Assembly (NCBI RefSeq): GCF_016026235.1
Contig: NZ_CP065613.1
Length of the DNA stretch: 64,000 bases
Direction: 5' to 3' (one strand)
DNA from: Escherichia coli
Lineage (GTDB): Bacteria; Pseudomonadota; Gammaproteobacteria; Enterobacterales; Enterobacteriaceae
Shown: positions 11,564 to 24,059 of the stretch, in pieces
Numbering within the stretch: position 1 is the stretch's first letter
How the letters are laid out: every line of letters begins with the position of its first letter
Notes under the pieces: generated by a model
Seen by the model: the letters and a program-made list of their open reading frames with translations, nothing else
Told to the model about the DNA's origin: nothing
Database searches by the model: none
Program-made: the position numbers and the translations under genes

Positions 11564-12418
11564 TCACACCATATCCAGCGCAGTTTTTCCTTTTGGTGCC
11601 GGATATGCTTTGTCCAGCATGGCTAATTCCGCTGACGAAAGTTCGACCTCAAGCACAGCCGCATTCTGTTGGACATGGGCAATCGTGGCCGCTTTTGGAA
11701 TCGCCATCACACCCTGATGGCTGATTACCCACGCCAACAATACTTGTGCCGCGCTGATATTGTGAGCATGTGCAATTTCGTTGACTACCGCGTTTTTTAA
11801 CAGTCCATTGCGCAACCGCCCGGCCTGGGCTAATGGACTGTAAGCCATCACCGGCATCTGCTGTTGCTGGCACCAGGGGAGTAGATCGTACTCAATCCCT
11901 CGTGAACCGAGATGGTAAAGCACCTGATTAGTGGCACACTGATTTCCCCCCGGCAGCTGCCAGAGTTCCTGCATATCAGCATGATCAAGGTTAGAAACGC
12001 CCCAGCGGCGGATTTTTCCCTGGGCGATCAATTTTTCCATCGCTGCCACAGTCTCTTCAAAAGCGAAACTGCCAGACCAGTGTAATAAGTAGAGATCGAG
12101 ATAATCAGTATTGAGACGGCGTAAACTGGCTTCGCATGCATTTATCGCTTTTTGCCCGCCAGCATTCCACGGATAGACTTTAGAGACGAGAAAGACGTTA
12201 TCGCGCAGACCGGTTAATGCTTCCCCAACCACCTTTTCGGCACCGCCATCGGCATACATTTCGGCGGTATCAATGAGGGTTAAACCGAGCTCAATGCCCG
12301 CGCGTAGTGCAGCAACTTCTGTTTTGCGCTGACTGGCATCTTCGCCCATATACCATGTTCCCTGCCCTATGGCTGGCAGTGAGACATCGCCACTAAATTG
12401 AATCATTTTTTGTTGCAT
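11564..12418 (-). CDS. yeaE: aldo-keto reductase (methylglyoxal reductase)
   Basis: 284-aa ORF, AKR family. Confidence 0.9.
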   Translation of the reverse strand: MQQKMIQFSGDVSLPAIGQGTWYMGEDASQRKTEVAALRAGIELGLTLIDTAEMYADGGAEKVVGEALTGLRDNVFLVSKVYPWNAGGQKAINACEASLRRLNTDYLDLYLLHWSGSFAFEETVAAMEKLIAQGKIRRWGVSNLDHADMQELWQLPGGNQCATNQVLYHLGSRGIEYDLLPWCQQQQMPVMAYSPLAQAGRLRNGLLKNAVVNEIAHAHNISAAQVLLAWVISHQGVMAIPKAATIAHVQQNAAVLEVELSSAELAMLDKAYPAPKGKTALDMV

Positions 12419-12507
12419 TGTTTCCTCCCAGGTATTGCACCACCGTAATGCAAAACAGGGCGTGACGCCCTGTTTTTATGCACAAAATGCCCTGGAAAGA
12501 TGCATTA

Positions 12508-13254
12508 TCAGAATTTGTAGGTGATCCCGGTAGAAATCAGGCCAGTCCAGGATTTATCCACCATCGGGCTGTCAGTAACTTCATCAGACTGACGGGTATA
12601 GCGCGCGGTACCGTAAACACTCCAGTCGCCGAGGAAGTTGTAGCTGGCGCTCAGCTCCAGGTAAGGGCTCCAGCTGTCGTTCGGGTTATAGCCACGCAGA
12701 CCGCTGCGAGCGGACTCTTTGCGCGATACGCCATAATAGTATTCGTTCTGGTTTTCGCTGTTCCACTGCACACCGATACCCGGGGTCACGGTCAGGCCGC
12801 CGTTGGTGTAACGATACAACCAGGCCATATCCCAGACGATGCCGTTGCTGTTATCCAGGGTATCGCCAGCCAGGGTGGTACGCAGGTAACCGTACTGGGT
12901 AAAGTGAGCATAAGACAGACCAGCCATCATGGTGCTCTTACGGTCATCCAGGTGACGCATTTGGTGATCGCCACTGTCTTTCGCTTTGAAGTAAAGCGGC
13001 GACCAATAAGCGGTAATTGAAAGTTTGTCCGTTGCGTCATTCCACAGGTAGTAACCACCACCTAAGCCACGGAACCAGAAGTTATCGCCTTCATAGTTGA
13101 TTACCGGTACTGGGTAAACATCGGTATCGTAATCTTTATATGGGTGTTCAACGACACCTACGCCTGCGCCCAGGGAAAATTTACCTTCAGCGTGCGCTAC
13201 GCCTGCAGACGTTGCGATAAGCACTCCAAGTGCCAGAAGTTTGAGTTTGGTCAC
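12508..13254 (-). CDS. mipA: MltA-interacting outer-membrane protein
   Basis: 248-aa ORF with signal peptide, ends in aromatic residue (beta-barrel type). Confidence 0.9.
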   Translation of the reverse strand: MTKLKLLALGVLIATSAGVAHAEGKFSLGAGVGVVEHPYKDYDTDVYPVPVINYEGDNFWFRGLGGGYYLWNDATDKLSITAYWSPLYFKAKDSGDHQMRHLDDRKSTMMAGLSYAHFTQYGYLRTTLAGDTLDNSNGIVWDMAWLYRYTNGGLTVTPGIGVQWNSENQNEYYYGVSRKESARSGLRGYNPNDSWSPYLELSASYNFLGDWSVYGTARYTRQSDEVTDSPMVDKSWTGLISTGITYKF

Positions 13255-13689
13255 AATTAATCATTCCTTAAACAAATGTTTAGCGGGCGACAAAGTTTAC
13301 CCGTCAATACATCGAAACCCAACCTTTTTACGTTTTCATTTTTTAAAGTAACTGTTTAATTTTCCTGACGCGGATGACACCGCGCTTACAGCCAAATGAA
13401 TTTAGCGTTACTGGCGAGCCTTGTCTTTACATTAATTATGCAAAATTTATGGATGAGTTGTTGATATGCCATTGAAATTAAGAAAGCCGTGCAGGCAAGT
13501 TTTCCATTTGCCATCTACGCTTAATTTTGAAGGTGTATCACCGGGCACGTTGTTCTCATCGTCGATAAAATGGCATGAGAGTTGCTGTGTTTTAGCAAGA
13601 GACGTCGTTCAGTTTACCTCTTCCGGGAGCCTCTACTATTCATATGAACGGCTCTTAACCTGTGCTAAAAAACGAAAGGACGGCATACC

Positions 13690-15624
13690 ATGAATATATT
13701 CGATCACTATCGCCAGCGATATGAAGCTGCCAAGGACGAAGAGTTCACACTGCAGGAGTTTCTTACCACTTGTCGGCAAGATCGCAGTGCTTATGCCAAC
13801 GCGGCTGAGCGGCTATTGATGGCTATCGGTGAGCCTGTCATGGTCGATACAGCCCAGGAACCCAGACTTTCTCGACTCTTTTCTAACCGGGTCATTGCAC
13901 GTTATCCGGCATTTGAAGAGTTTTACGGCATGGAAGACGCGATTGAACAGATTGTCTCTTATCTGAAACACGCGGCTCAGGGGCTGGAAGAGAAGAAACA
14001 AATCCTGTATCTGCTGGGGCCTGTGGGTGGGGGTAAATCATCGCTTGCTGAGCGACTGAAATCATTAATGCAGCTCGTACCGATTTATGTATTGAGCGCC
14101 AACGGTGAGCGTAGCCCGGTCAACGATCATCCGTTCTGTCTTTTCAATCCGCAGGAAGATGCTCAGATTCTGGAAAAAGAGTATGGCATTCCTCGCCGTT
14201 ATCTCGGCACCATCATGTCGCCGTGGGCGGCAAAACGTCTGCATGAATTTGGTGGCGATATTACTAAGTTCCGGGTAGTGAAGGTCTGGCCGTCCATTCT
14301 GCAACAAATTGCTATCGCCAAAACAGAGCCCGGTGATGAGAACAACCAGGACATCTCCGCGCTGGTAGGGAAAGTCGATATTCGTAAACTCGAACACTAC
14401 GCGCAGAATGACCCAGACGCCTATGGCTATTCCGGCGCACTGTGCCGCGCCAACCAGGGGATCATGGAATTCGTTGAGATGTTTAAAGCACCGATTAAAG
14501 TGCTGCATCCCTTGTTAACCGCCACTCAGGAAGGTAACTACAACGGGACGGAAGGTATCTCCGCCCTGCCGTTCAACGGGATTATTCTCGCCCACTCGAA
14601 CGAGTCCGAATGGGTCACTTTCCGTAATAACAAAAACAACGAAGCCTTCCTCGATCGTGTTTACATCGTGAAGGTGCCGTATTGCTTGCGCATTTCCGAA
14701 GAGATCAAAATCTACGAGAAATTGCTTAATCACAGTGAATTGACTCACGCCCCATGCGCCCCTGGCACGCTCGAAACACTGTCACGTTTTTCCATTCTTT
14801 CGCGCCTGAAAGAGCCAGAAAACTCCAGCATTTATTCAAAGATGCGGGTTTATGATGGCGAAAGTCTGAAAGACACCGATCCCAAAGCCAAGTCGTATCA
14901 GGAATATCGTGACTACGCCGGTGTCGATGAAGGGATGAACGGTCTGTCGACGCGTTTTGCGTTTAAGATCCTCTCCCGCGTGTTCAACTTCGATCATGTA
15001 GAAGTGGCAGCAAACCCGGTCCATCTGTTCTACGTCCTAGAACAGCAGATCGAGCGCGAGCAGTTCCCACAAGAGCAGGCAGAACGCTATCTGGAGTTCC
15101 TGAAAGGTTATCTGATCCCGAAATATGCCGAGTTTATTGGCAAAGAGATCCAGACGGCCTACCTTGAATCCTATTCCGAATATGGGCAAAACATTTTCGA
15201 CCGTTATGTTACCTACGCGGATTTCTGGATTCAGGATCAGGAGTATCGCGATCCGGATACCGGGCAGCTGTTTGACCGCGAGTCTCTTAACGCCGAGCTG
15301 GAGAAAATCGAGAAACCGGCGGGGATCAGTAATCCAAAAGATTTCCGCAACGAGATTGTTAACTTCGTACTGCGCGCCAGAGCCAATAACAGCGGACGCA
15401 ATCCGAACTGGACCAGCTATGAAAAACTGCGCACGGTTATCGAGAAGAAAATGTTCTCCAATACCGAGGAGCTGTTGCCGGTTATCTCGTTTAACGCCAA
15501 AACGTCAACCGACGAGCAGAAGAAACACGACGACTTTGTCGACCGTATGATGGAAAAAGGCTACACCCGTAAACAGGTGCGTTTACTGTGCGAATGGTAT
15601 TTGCGCGTACGTAAATCGTCTTAA
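13690..15624 (+). CDS. yeaG: PrkA-family serine protein kinase
   Basis: 644-aa ORF with Walker A motif GPVGGGKSS. Confidence 0.9.
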   Translation: MNIFDHYRQRYEAAKDEEFTLQEFLTTCRQDRSAYANAAERLLMAIGEPVMVDTAQEPRLSRLFSNRVIARYPAFEEFYGMEDAIEQIVSYLKHAAQGLEEKKQILYLLGPVGGGKSSLAERLKSLMQLVPIYVLSANGERSPVNDHPFCLFNPQEDAQILEKEYGIPRRYLGTIMSPWAAKRLHEFGGDITKFRVVKVWPSILQQIAIAKTEPGDENNQDISALVGKVDIRKLEHYAQNDPDAYGYSGALCRANQGIMEFVEMFKAPIKVLHPLLTATQEGNYNGTEGISALPFNGIILAHSNESEWVTFRNNKNNEAFLDRVYIVKVPYCLRISEEIKIYEKLLNHSELTHAPCAPGTLETLSRFSILSRLKEPENSSIYSKMRVYDGESLKDTDPKAKSYQEYRDYAGVDEGMNGLSTRFAFKILSRVFNFDHVEVAANPVHLFYVLEQQIEREQFPQEQAERYLEFLKGYLIPKYAEFIGKEIQTAYLESYSEYGQNIFDRYVTYADFWIQDQEYRDPDTGQLFDRESLNAELEKIEKPAGISNPKDFRNEIVNFVLRARANNSGRNPNWTSYEKLRTVIEKKMFSNTEELLPVISFNAKTSTDEQKKHDDFVDRMMEKGYTRKQVRLLCEWYLRVRKSS

Positions 15625-15724
15625 CAACCCTGGCCCGGTACACATGCTACCGGGCCTACAACGACAGCGAACCGTGGGCCAGAGAAATGGCAACACAGGC
15701 GTAGCATACAGTTGGCAAATGTAG

Positions 15725-17020
<1,296 letters not shown>

Positions 17021-17023
17021 AAC

Positions 17024-17060
17024 TATCAGCCGGGTCATTATCGCCTGGCTGATTTTTAGC
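17024..17060 (+). terminator. putative terminator after yeaH
   Basis: Hairpin ATCAGCCGG...CCTGGCTGAT followed by TTTTT. Confidence 0.5.
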
Positions 17061-17166
17061 TCACTGTAAATTATCTCATTTATTACATACATTAGCTTAC
17101 AATCGCTTTAAATATGACAGCATAACCTTTACACAATTTAGTTCCAGAAAACAATCATTCGGAAAA

Positions 17167-18642
17167 ATGATTCAGTCAACACGTATTTCCATGGGGTTAT
17201 TCTTTAAATATTTTTTATCGTTAACGAAAATTGATCCTGGTCAAAACTATATATCTCTGCCATCAATAAAATCCAGCACTCACATTGCTCTCCTTTTTAT
17301 GGTTTCTATGGGTACACAAAAATTAAAAGCTCAAAGCTTTTTTATTTTCAGTTTATTGCTGACGTTAATTTTATTTTGCATTACTACCTTATATAACGAA
17401 AACACAAATGTAAAACTCATCCCACAGATGAATTACCTGATGGTTGTTGTGGCTTTGTTTTTCCTTAACGCCGTCATTTTTCTTTTCATGTTAATGAAAT
17501 ATTTTACTAACAAACAAATTTTACCAACACTCATTTTAAGCCTTGCATTTTTAAGTGGCCTTATCTATTTAGTTGAAACCATTGTAATTATCCATAAACC
17601 AATTAACGGCAGTACACTGATCCAGACAAAGTCGAATGATGTTTCTATTTTCTATATTTTCCGCCAACTCAGTTTTATTTGTTTAACCTCGCTGGCGCTC
17701 TTTTGTTATGGAAAAGACAACATCCTTGACAACAATAAGAAAAAAACTGGCATTCTGTTGCTGGCGCTGATTCCTTTTTTAGTTTTTCCCCTTCTGGCAC
17801 ACAATCTGAGCAGTTATAACGCTGACTATTCTTTGTATGTCGTCGATTACTGTCCGGACAACCATACTGCGACCTGGGGAATCAACTATACAAAAATATT
17901 GGTTTGTCTGTGGGCATTTTTACTGTTCTTTATTATCATGCGTACACGATTAGCCAGCGAACTATGGCCGTTAATAGCATTATTATGTCTGGCATCGCTA
18001 TGCTGCAACTTACTTCTACTGACTCTGGATGAGTATAATTATACCATCTGGTATATCAGTCGCGGGATTGAAGTCTCCAGTAAACTGTTTGTTGTGTCTT
18101 TTCTGATTTATAACATTTTTCAGGAGCTGCAACTCTCCAGCAAACTGGCAGTTCATGATGTGCTGACCAATATTTATAATCGGCGCTACTTTTTCAACAG
18201 CGTAGAGTCATTATTGTCGCGACCTGTTGTTAAGGACTTCTGTGTCATGCTGGTTGATATTAATCAGTTCAAGCGCATCAATGCCCAATGGGGACATCGT
18301 GTGGGTGATAAAGTGCTGGTTTCAATTGTCGATATTATCCAGCAAAGCATCCGCCCCGATGATATTTTAGCGCGACTGGAGGGTGAGGTGTTTGGCTTGC
18401 TATTTACCGAACTCAATAGTGCCCAGGCAAAAATCATTGCGGAACGTATGCGTAAAAATGTCGAACTCCTGACCGGCTTTAGTAACAGATATGATGTTCC
18501 TGAACAAATGACCATCAGTATTGGCACGGTTTTTTCAACGGGTGACACGCGTAATATCTCGCTTGTCATGACGGAAGCAGATAAAGCCTTACGCGAAGCG
18601 AAAAGCGATGGGGGCAACAAAGTGATTATTCATCATATTTAA
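17167..18642 (+). CDS. yeaI: membrane-anchored degenerate GGDEF-domain protein
   Basis: 491-aa ORF; AT-rich N-terminal multi-TM domain and C-terminal GGDEF-like domain (motif reads EGEVF). Confidence 0.85.
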   Translation: MIQSTRISMGLFFKYFLSLTKIDPGQNYISLPSIKSSTHIALLFMVSMGTQKLKAQSFFIFSLLLTLILFCITTLYNENTNVKLIPQMNYLMVVVALFFLNAVIFLFMLMKYFTNKQILPTLILSLAFLSGLIYLVETIVIIHKPINGSTLIQTKSNDVSIFYIFRQLSFICLTSLALFCYGKDNILDNNKKKTGILLLALIPFLVFPLLAHNLSSYNADYSLYVVDYCPDNHTATWGINYTKILVCLWAFLLFFIIMRTRLASELWPLIALLCLASLCCNLLLLTLDEYNYTIWYISRGIEVSSKLFVVSFLIYNIFQELQLSSKLAVHDVLTNIYNRRYFFNSVESLLSRPVVKDFCVMLVDINQFKRINAQWGHRVGDKVLVSIVDIIQQSIRPDDILARLEGEVFGLLFTELNSAQAKIIAERMRKNVELLTGFSNRYDVPEQMTISIGTVFSTGDTRNISLVMTEADKALREAKSDGGNKVIIHHI

Positions 18643-18822
18643 GTGCAAAAATATTCAGAGCCATGCTTTTTGCGTGGCTTTTGCATACAATTTATTACTA
18701 TTACCCCTAAATTTCCCCTCCCCAGCGGCGCAGAGATGAGTATAATTAGCGCCCCTGTGCCAGGCCGCAATCGAACTTTATCTGGTTTTCTCGTTTCACT
18801 AACCGAAGGAGTGCCATTTATC

Positions 18823-20313
18823 ATGAAATTGCACCATAGAATGCTCCGGCATTTTATCGCCGCAAGTGTCATTGTGCTGACATCTTCCTTCCTTATTTTT
18901 GAACTTGTCGCCAGCGACAGAGCAATGAGTGCCTATCTGCGCTATATCGTGCAGAAAGCAGACTCCTCCTTTCTTTATGATAAGTATCAGAATCAGAGTA
19001 TTGCCGCGCATGTGATGCGCGCTCTCGCTGCTGAGCAGTCGGAAGTGTCGCCAGAACAGCGGCGCGCCATCTGCGAGGCTTTTGAGTCTGCCAATAATAC
19101 CCATGGCTTAAACCTGACTGCCCATAAATACCCGGGCTTACGCGGCACACTACAAACCGCATCCACTGACTGCGACACAATTGTGGAAGCTGCAGCACTA
19201 TTACCCGCTTTTGATCAGGCAGTGGAAGGCAACCGCCACCAGGATGATTACGGTTCAGGTCTTGGGATGGCCGAAGAGAAATTTCACTATTATCTCGATC
19301 TCAATGACCGCTATGTCTATTTTTATGAGCCGGTTAATGTTGAATACTTTGCGATGAATAACTGGTCCTTCCTGCAGTCAGGAAGTATTGGCATCGATCG
19401 CAAAGATATTGAAAAGGTATTTACCGGGCGTACCGTATTGTCGAGCATTTACCAGGATCAGCGTACTAAACAGAACGTGATGAGTTTGCTGACGCCGGTG
19501 TATGTTGCAGGGCAGCTAAAAGGGATTGTGCTGCTGGATATTAACAAAAACAATCTGCGGAATATCTTTTACACTCATGACCGCCCTCTCCTCTGGCGTT
19601 TTCTCAATGTCACGCTAACCGATACAGATTCGGGGCGCGACATTATCATCAACCAGAGCGAAGATAATCTGTTCCAGTATGTCAGTTACGTCCATGACTT
19701 ACCGGGCGGCATTCGTGTCTCGTTATCCATTGATATTCTTTACTTTATCACGTCTTCGTGGAAAAGCGTTCTGTTCTGGATTTTGACGGCGTTAATTTTG
19801 CTGAATATGGTGCGGATGCACTTCCGCTTATACCAAAATGTGTCGCGAGAAAATATTAGTGATGCGATGACTGGACTGTATAATCGCAAAATTTTAACCC
19901 CTGAACTGGAGCAGCGGTTGCAGAAACTGGTGCAATCCGGTTCTTCGGTGATGTTTATTGCAATTGACATGGACAAGTTAAAGCTAATAAATGACACCCT
20001 CGGTCATCAGGAAGGGGATTTAGCGATTACGTTGTTAGCTCAGGCGATTAAACAATCGATTCGTAAAAGTGATTATGCCATCCGACTCGGTGGCGATGAA
20101 TTCTGCATCATTCTTGTCGATTCGACGCCGCAAATTGCAGCACAACTGCCTGAACGTATCGAAAAACGTCTGCAACATATCGCGCCGCAGAAAGAGATCG
20201 GCTTCTCTTCCGGTATTTACGCGATGAAAGAAAACGATACGTTACATGATGCGTATAAAGCTTCCGATGAGCGTTTATATGTCAATAAGCAGAACAAAAA
20301 CAGCCGTTCATGA
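18823..20313 (+). CDS. dgcJ: diguanylate cyclase DgcJ
   Basis: Start placed at MKLHHRM (496 aa) with AGGAG upstream; C-terminal GGDEF domain (RLGGDEF). Confidence 0.85.
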   Translation: MKLHHRMLRHFIAASVIVLTSSFLIFELVASDRAMSAYLRYIVQKADSSFLYDKYQNQSIAAHVMRALAAEQSEVSPEQRRAICEAFESANNTHGLNLTAHKYPGLRGTLQTASTDCDTIVEAAALLPAFDQAVEGNRHQDDYGSGLGMAEEKFHYYLDLNDRYVYFYEPVNVEYFAMNNWSFLQSGSIGIDRKDIEKVFTGRTVLSSIYQDQRTKQNVMSLLTPVYVAGQLKGIVLLDINKNNLRNIFYTHDRPLLWRFLNVTLTDTDSGRDIIINQSEDNLFQYVSYVHDLPGGIRVSLSIDILYFITSSWKSVLFWILTALILLNMVRMHFRLYQNVSRENISDAMTGLYNRKILTPELEQRLQKLVQSGSSVMFIAIDMDKLKLINDTLGHQEGDLAITLLAQAIKQSIRKSDYAIRLGGDEFCIILVDSTPQIAAQLPERIEKRLQHIAPQKEIGFSSGIYAMKENDTLHDAYKASDERLYVNKQNKNSRS

Positions 20314-20355
20314 TAACCTTCTGTGGTTGTTTGCTTGTAATCTCAGGAGCGTGAA

Positions 20356-20859
20356 ATGACTGAAATGGCTAAAGGAAGCGTGACGCATCAGCGGTTAATC
20401 GCTTTATTATCACAAGAAGGTGCTGATTTCCGCGTCGTTACCCATGAAGCGGTAGGTAAATGTGAAGCGGTGTCAGAAATTCGTGGCACCGCTCTAGGCC
20501 AGGGTGCTAAGGCACTGGTATGTAAAGTCAAAGGCAATGGCGTAAATCAACATGTTCTGGCGATCCTCGCAGCCGATCAACAGGCCGATCTGAGCCAACT
20601 CGCCAGCCATATAGGCGGATTACGCGCTTCGTTGGCCAGCCCGGCGGAAGTCGATGAACTCACAGGCTGTGTCTTCGGCGCGATCCCCCCTTTCAGCTTC
20701 CATCCAAAACTCAAACTGGTTGCCGACCCTCTACTCTTCGAACGATTTGATGAAATCGCCTTCAATGCAGGGATGCTGGATAAATCCGTTATTTTGAAAA
20801 CCGCGGATTATTTGCGCATTGCGCAACCAGAACTGATCAATTTCCGCCGCACAGCGTAA
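20356..20859 (+). CDS. yeaK: YbaK/ProX-like aminoacyl-tRNA deacylase
   Basis: 167-aa ORF; synteny. Confidence 0.85.
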   Translation: MTEMAKGSVTHQRLIALLSQEGADFRVVTHEAVGKCEAVSEIRGTALGQGAKALVCKVKGNGVNQHVLAILAADQQADLSQLASHIGGLRASLASPAEVDELTGCVFGAIPPFSFHPKLKLVADPLLFERFDEIAFNAGMLDKSVILKTADYLRIAQPELINFRRTA

Positions 20860-20964
20860 CTAGCCTGTCCGTTCAATAAGCAGAACGGACAAAACCAGCA
20901 CAACCGCAATGGCAAAAAACGATGACGTGATAATCAGTGTCTCGACGAACATTTGATCGTTCAT
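20860..20964 (-). CDS. yoaI: small membrane protein YoaI (34 aa)
   Basis: Manual translation [34 protein letters not shown]; below ORF-track cutoff; its stop abuts the yeaK stop. Confidence 0.75.
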   Translation of the reverse strand: MNDQMFVETLIITSSFFAIAVVLVLSVLLIERTG

Positions 20965-21133
20965 AGTATGCCCCCGGGAGATAGCTGTTTTCACGTTATT
21001 GTTAGCGTGCACAAATGGCAGTTTGATGACAGTTCGCCTGATTTTTTATGCAAAAAACGTAAAGATTTTCTACTTCCTTCCTGCAGCAAGCGTAAAGTAA
21101 GCAGGCTTATTATTTTTTGGCAAGGAAACCACG

Positions 21134-21580
21134 ATGTTTGATGTCACTTTGCTGATCCTGCTCGGGTTAGCTGCGCTGGGCTTTATCAGTCATAACACCA
21201 CTGTCGCCGTTTCAATTCTGGTGTTGATCATTGTCCGCGTCACACCGTTAAGCACCTTTTTCCCGTGGATTGAAAAACAGGGGCTAAGTATCGGGATAAT
21301 CATTCTGACGATTGGCGTTATGGCCCCCATCGCCAGCGGGACGCTACCGCCCTCAACCTTGATTCACTCGTTTCTGAACTGGAAATCGCTGGTGGCAATT
21401 GCAGTAGGCGTTATTGTCTCCTGGCTGGGTGGGCGCGGCGTGACGTTAATGGGCAGCCAGCCGCAACTGGTTGCTGGGCTGCTGGTGGGCACTGTTTTAG
21501 GCGTAGCGCTGTTTCGCGGCGTACCGGTTGGCCCGCTTATTGCCGCGGGTCTGGTTTCGCTGATTGTGGGGAAACAGTAG
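21134..21580 (+). CDS. yeaL: DUF441 inner-membrane protein
   Basis: 148-aa hydrophobic ORF. Confidence 0.85.
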
Positions 21581-22358
21581 TTAATCCCGCAATATATCGG
21601 CCTGGCGTTTGCCCCAGGCCTTTCTTAAACATAGTAATAAAGGCCGTTGTTGAATCATACCCCAGCGTATGAGCAACTTTCTGTACAGTATCGCCTTTCA
21701 CTAATCCCTGAAGCGCCATAATCAGCTGTAACTGCTGTCGCCACTGGCGAAAACTCAACCCCGTCTCTTTTACTATCAGTCGGGCAAGATTGCGTTCACT
21801 CATCGCAAAAAAGCCAGCCCATTGCCCCAATGACCCCCACTCGACGGGCTCTTTCGCCATCATCTCCACCATCGCGCGGATTTTAGGATGAGAAGAAACG
21901 GGTAGGTGCAGCTGTTGTTGTGGCTGCTGAGGGAGTTCATCAAACAGGACCTGAATTAATCTGCGGGTCATCGGCTCAGCACGCTGAGTCGTCGTCCTGT
22001 TTGCCAGAGTTAAAATTAATTCCCGGCATAAGGGCGATATTTTCAATGTGCAACAGGTTGTCGGCATTGTCACTGCGCTGGGTTCGATAAACAGAAAACA
22101 GAGTTCAGCGTTAGCTGTCACTTGATTGCTATGTTCCACCCCGCCCGGTATCCAAACCGCATATTGCGGCGGCACCATCCACAAAGCATTTTCCACCGTA
22201 CAGGTAATTGCACCATGTAATGCTAGTATCAGCTGTCCTTTGCGGTGCTGATGTACAGGACTGGTTAACTCATCCGTTCCGGCGTGAATACAAAATGCGA
22301 CCGCGGCTTCATGGTGTCGGTCGGGTTCATAGCCATTGAGATTCAACCTGTGCATCAT
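21537..22358 (-). CDS. nimR: AraC-family transcriptional regulator NimR
   Basis: 273-aa ORF with cupin-like N-terminus and AraC HTH C-terminus; divergent from nimT. Confidence 0.85.
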
Positions 22359-22454
22359 TTTGTCCGAATTTAGCGATAATTTGTCATTTTAGCTTGATTC
22401 AACATAACAATAAAAACGGTAAGGTACAGCCTCGTTTGTAACAATGAGAAGCAT

Positions 22455-23636
22455 ATGACCTGTTCAACTTCATTAAGCGGCAAAAACAGGATTGTCCTTA
22501 TCGCTGGCATTCTGATGATTGCCACAACATTACGCGTCACCTTTACCGGCGCAGCGCCGTTACTGGATACGATTCGTTCCGCTTACTCGCTGACGACAGC
22601 GCAAACCGGCTTATTAACCACCCTGCCATTATTGGCCTTTGCGCTAATCTCACCTTTGGCTGCCCCGGTGGCGCGACGTTTTGGTATGGAACGTAGCCTG
22701 TTTGCCGCGTTACTTTTGATCTGTGCAGGTATCGCAATTCGTTCTCTCCCTTCGCCTTACTTATTATTTGGCGGTACAGCGGTCATTGGCGGTGGGATTG
22801 CATTAGGCAATGTCTTACTGCCAGGATTAATTAAACGCGATTTCCCTCATTCCGTCGCCAGACTTACCGGCGCATATTCCCTGACAATGGGAGCTGCAGC
22901 GGCACTGGGATCGGCTATGGTCGTGCCGCTGGCTTTGAACGGTTTTGGCTGGCAAGGCGCGTTGTTCATGCTGATGTGTTTTCCTCTGCTGTCTCTTTTT
23001 TTATGGCTGCCACAGTGGCGAAGCCAACAACATGCAAATTTGAGTACCTCGCGCGCCTTACATACTCGGGGTATCTGGCGTTCGCCGCTTGCCTGGCAGG
23101 TCACATTGTTTCTTGGGATCAACTCACTGGTCTATTACGTGATTATTGGCTGGCTTCCGGCGATCCTCATCAGTCACGGCTATAGCGAAGCACAGGCGGG
23201 TTCACTGCATGGTTTGCTGCAACTAGCCACAGCAGCTCCCGGTTTGCTGATCCCTCTTTTCTTACATCATGTGAAAGATCAGCGTGGTATTGCAGCGTTC
23301 GTTGCCTTGATGTGCGCAGTGGGCGCTGTTGGGCTCTGCTTTATGCCAGCGCACGCGATCACCTGGACTCTGCTTTTCGGTTTTGGTTCCGGCGCAACAA
23401 TGATACTGGGGTTGACGTTCATTGGTCTTCGGGCAAGTTCTGCGCATCAGGCGGCGGCACTCTCGGGGATGGCACAATCCGTCGGGTATTTGCTGGCAGC
23501 CTGTGGGCCGCCGCTGATGGGTAAAATACACGATGCTAACGGTGACTGGTCCGTACCACTGATGGGTGTTGCAATACTTTCACTACTGATGGCGATTTTC
23601 GGACTTTGCGCCGGGAGAGACAAAGAAATTCGCTAA
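22455..23636 (+). CDS. nimT: MFS efflux transporter NimT
   Basis: 393-aa polytopic ORF. Confidence 0.85.
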   Translation: MTCSTSLSGKNRIVLIAGILMIATTLRVTFTGAAPLLDTIRSAYSLTTAQTGLLTTLPLLAFALISPLAAPVARRFGMERSLFAALLLICAGIAIRSLPSPYLLFGGTAVIGGGIALGNVLLPGLIKRDFPHSVARLTGAYSLTMGAAAALGSAMVVPLALNGFGWQGALFMLMCFPLLSLFLWLPQWRSQQHANLSTSRALHTRGIWRSPLAWQVTLFLGINSLVYYVIIGWLPAILISHGYSEAQAGSLHGLLQLATAAPGLLIPLFLHHVKDQRGIAAFVALMCAVGAVGLCFMPAHAITWTLLFGFGSGATMILGLTFIGLRASSAHQAAALSGMAQSVGYLLAACGPPLMGKIHDANGDWSVPLMGVAILSLLMAIFGLCAGRDKEIR

Positions 23637-23690
23637 TATCCGGTGCTATAGTGACGTGACAAATCATGCGTGAAAGGGAGAACAAACACG

Positions 23691-24038
23691 ATGAATATTC
23701 AGTGCAAACGCGTTTATGATCCGGCTGAACAGAGCGATGGTTATCGCGTACTGGTCGACCGCCTCTGGCCGCGCGGTATCAAAAAAACCGATTTAGCCCT
23801 TGATGAGTGGGATAAAGAAATCACGCCGTCAACGGAACTGCGCAAAGCCTTTCACGGCGAAGTCGTCGATTTTGCAACCTTTCGCGAGCAATATCTTGCA
23901 GAACTGGCGCAACACGAGCAAGAAGGAAAGCGGCTGGCGGACATCGCCAAAAAACAGCCGCTGACCCTGCTCTACGCAGCAAAAAACACCACGCAGAACC
24001 ATGCGCTGGTGCTGGCCGACTGGCTACGTAGCTTGTGA
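23691..24038 (+). CDS. yeaO: DUF488 protein YeaO
   Basis: Start placed at MNIQCKRVYD (115 aa). Confidence 0.8.
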   Translation: MNIQCKRVYDPAEQSDGYRVLVDRLWPRGIKKTDLALDEWDKEITPSTELRKAFHGEVVDFATFREQYLAELAQHEQEGKRLADIAKKQPLTLLYAAKNTTQNHALVLADWLRSL

Positions 24039-24059
24039 TTTTAGTACAGCATCCGGCGG

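Noticed and set aside
13466-13693. 75-aa ORF upstream of yeaG
   Set aside because: Falls in the yeaG promoter/leader, no ribosome-binding site, no conservation expected.
18643-18822. Extended N-terminus of the ORF containing dgcJ (556 aa in the track)
   Set aside because: The upstream in-frame ATG lacks a ribosome-binding site and the extension is not hydrophobic; the ATG at 18823 with AGGAG gives the expected 496-aa protein.
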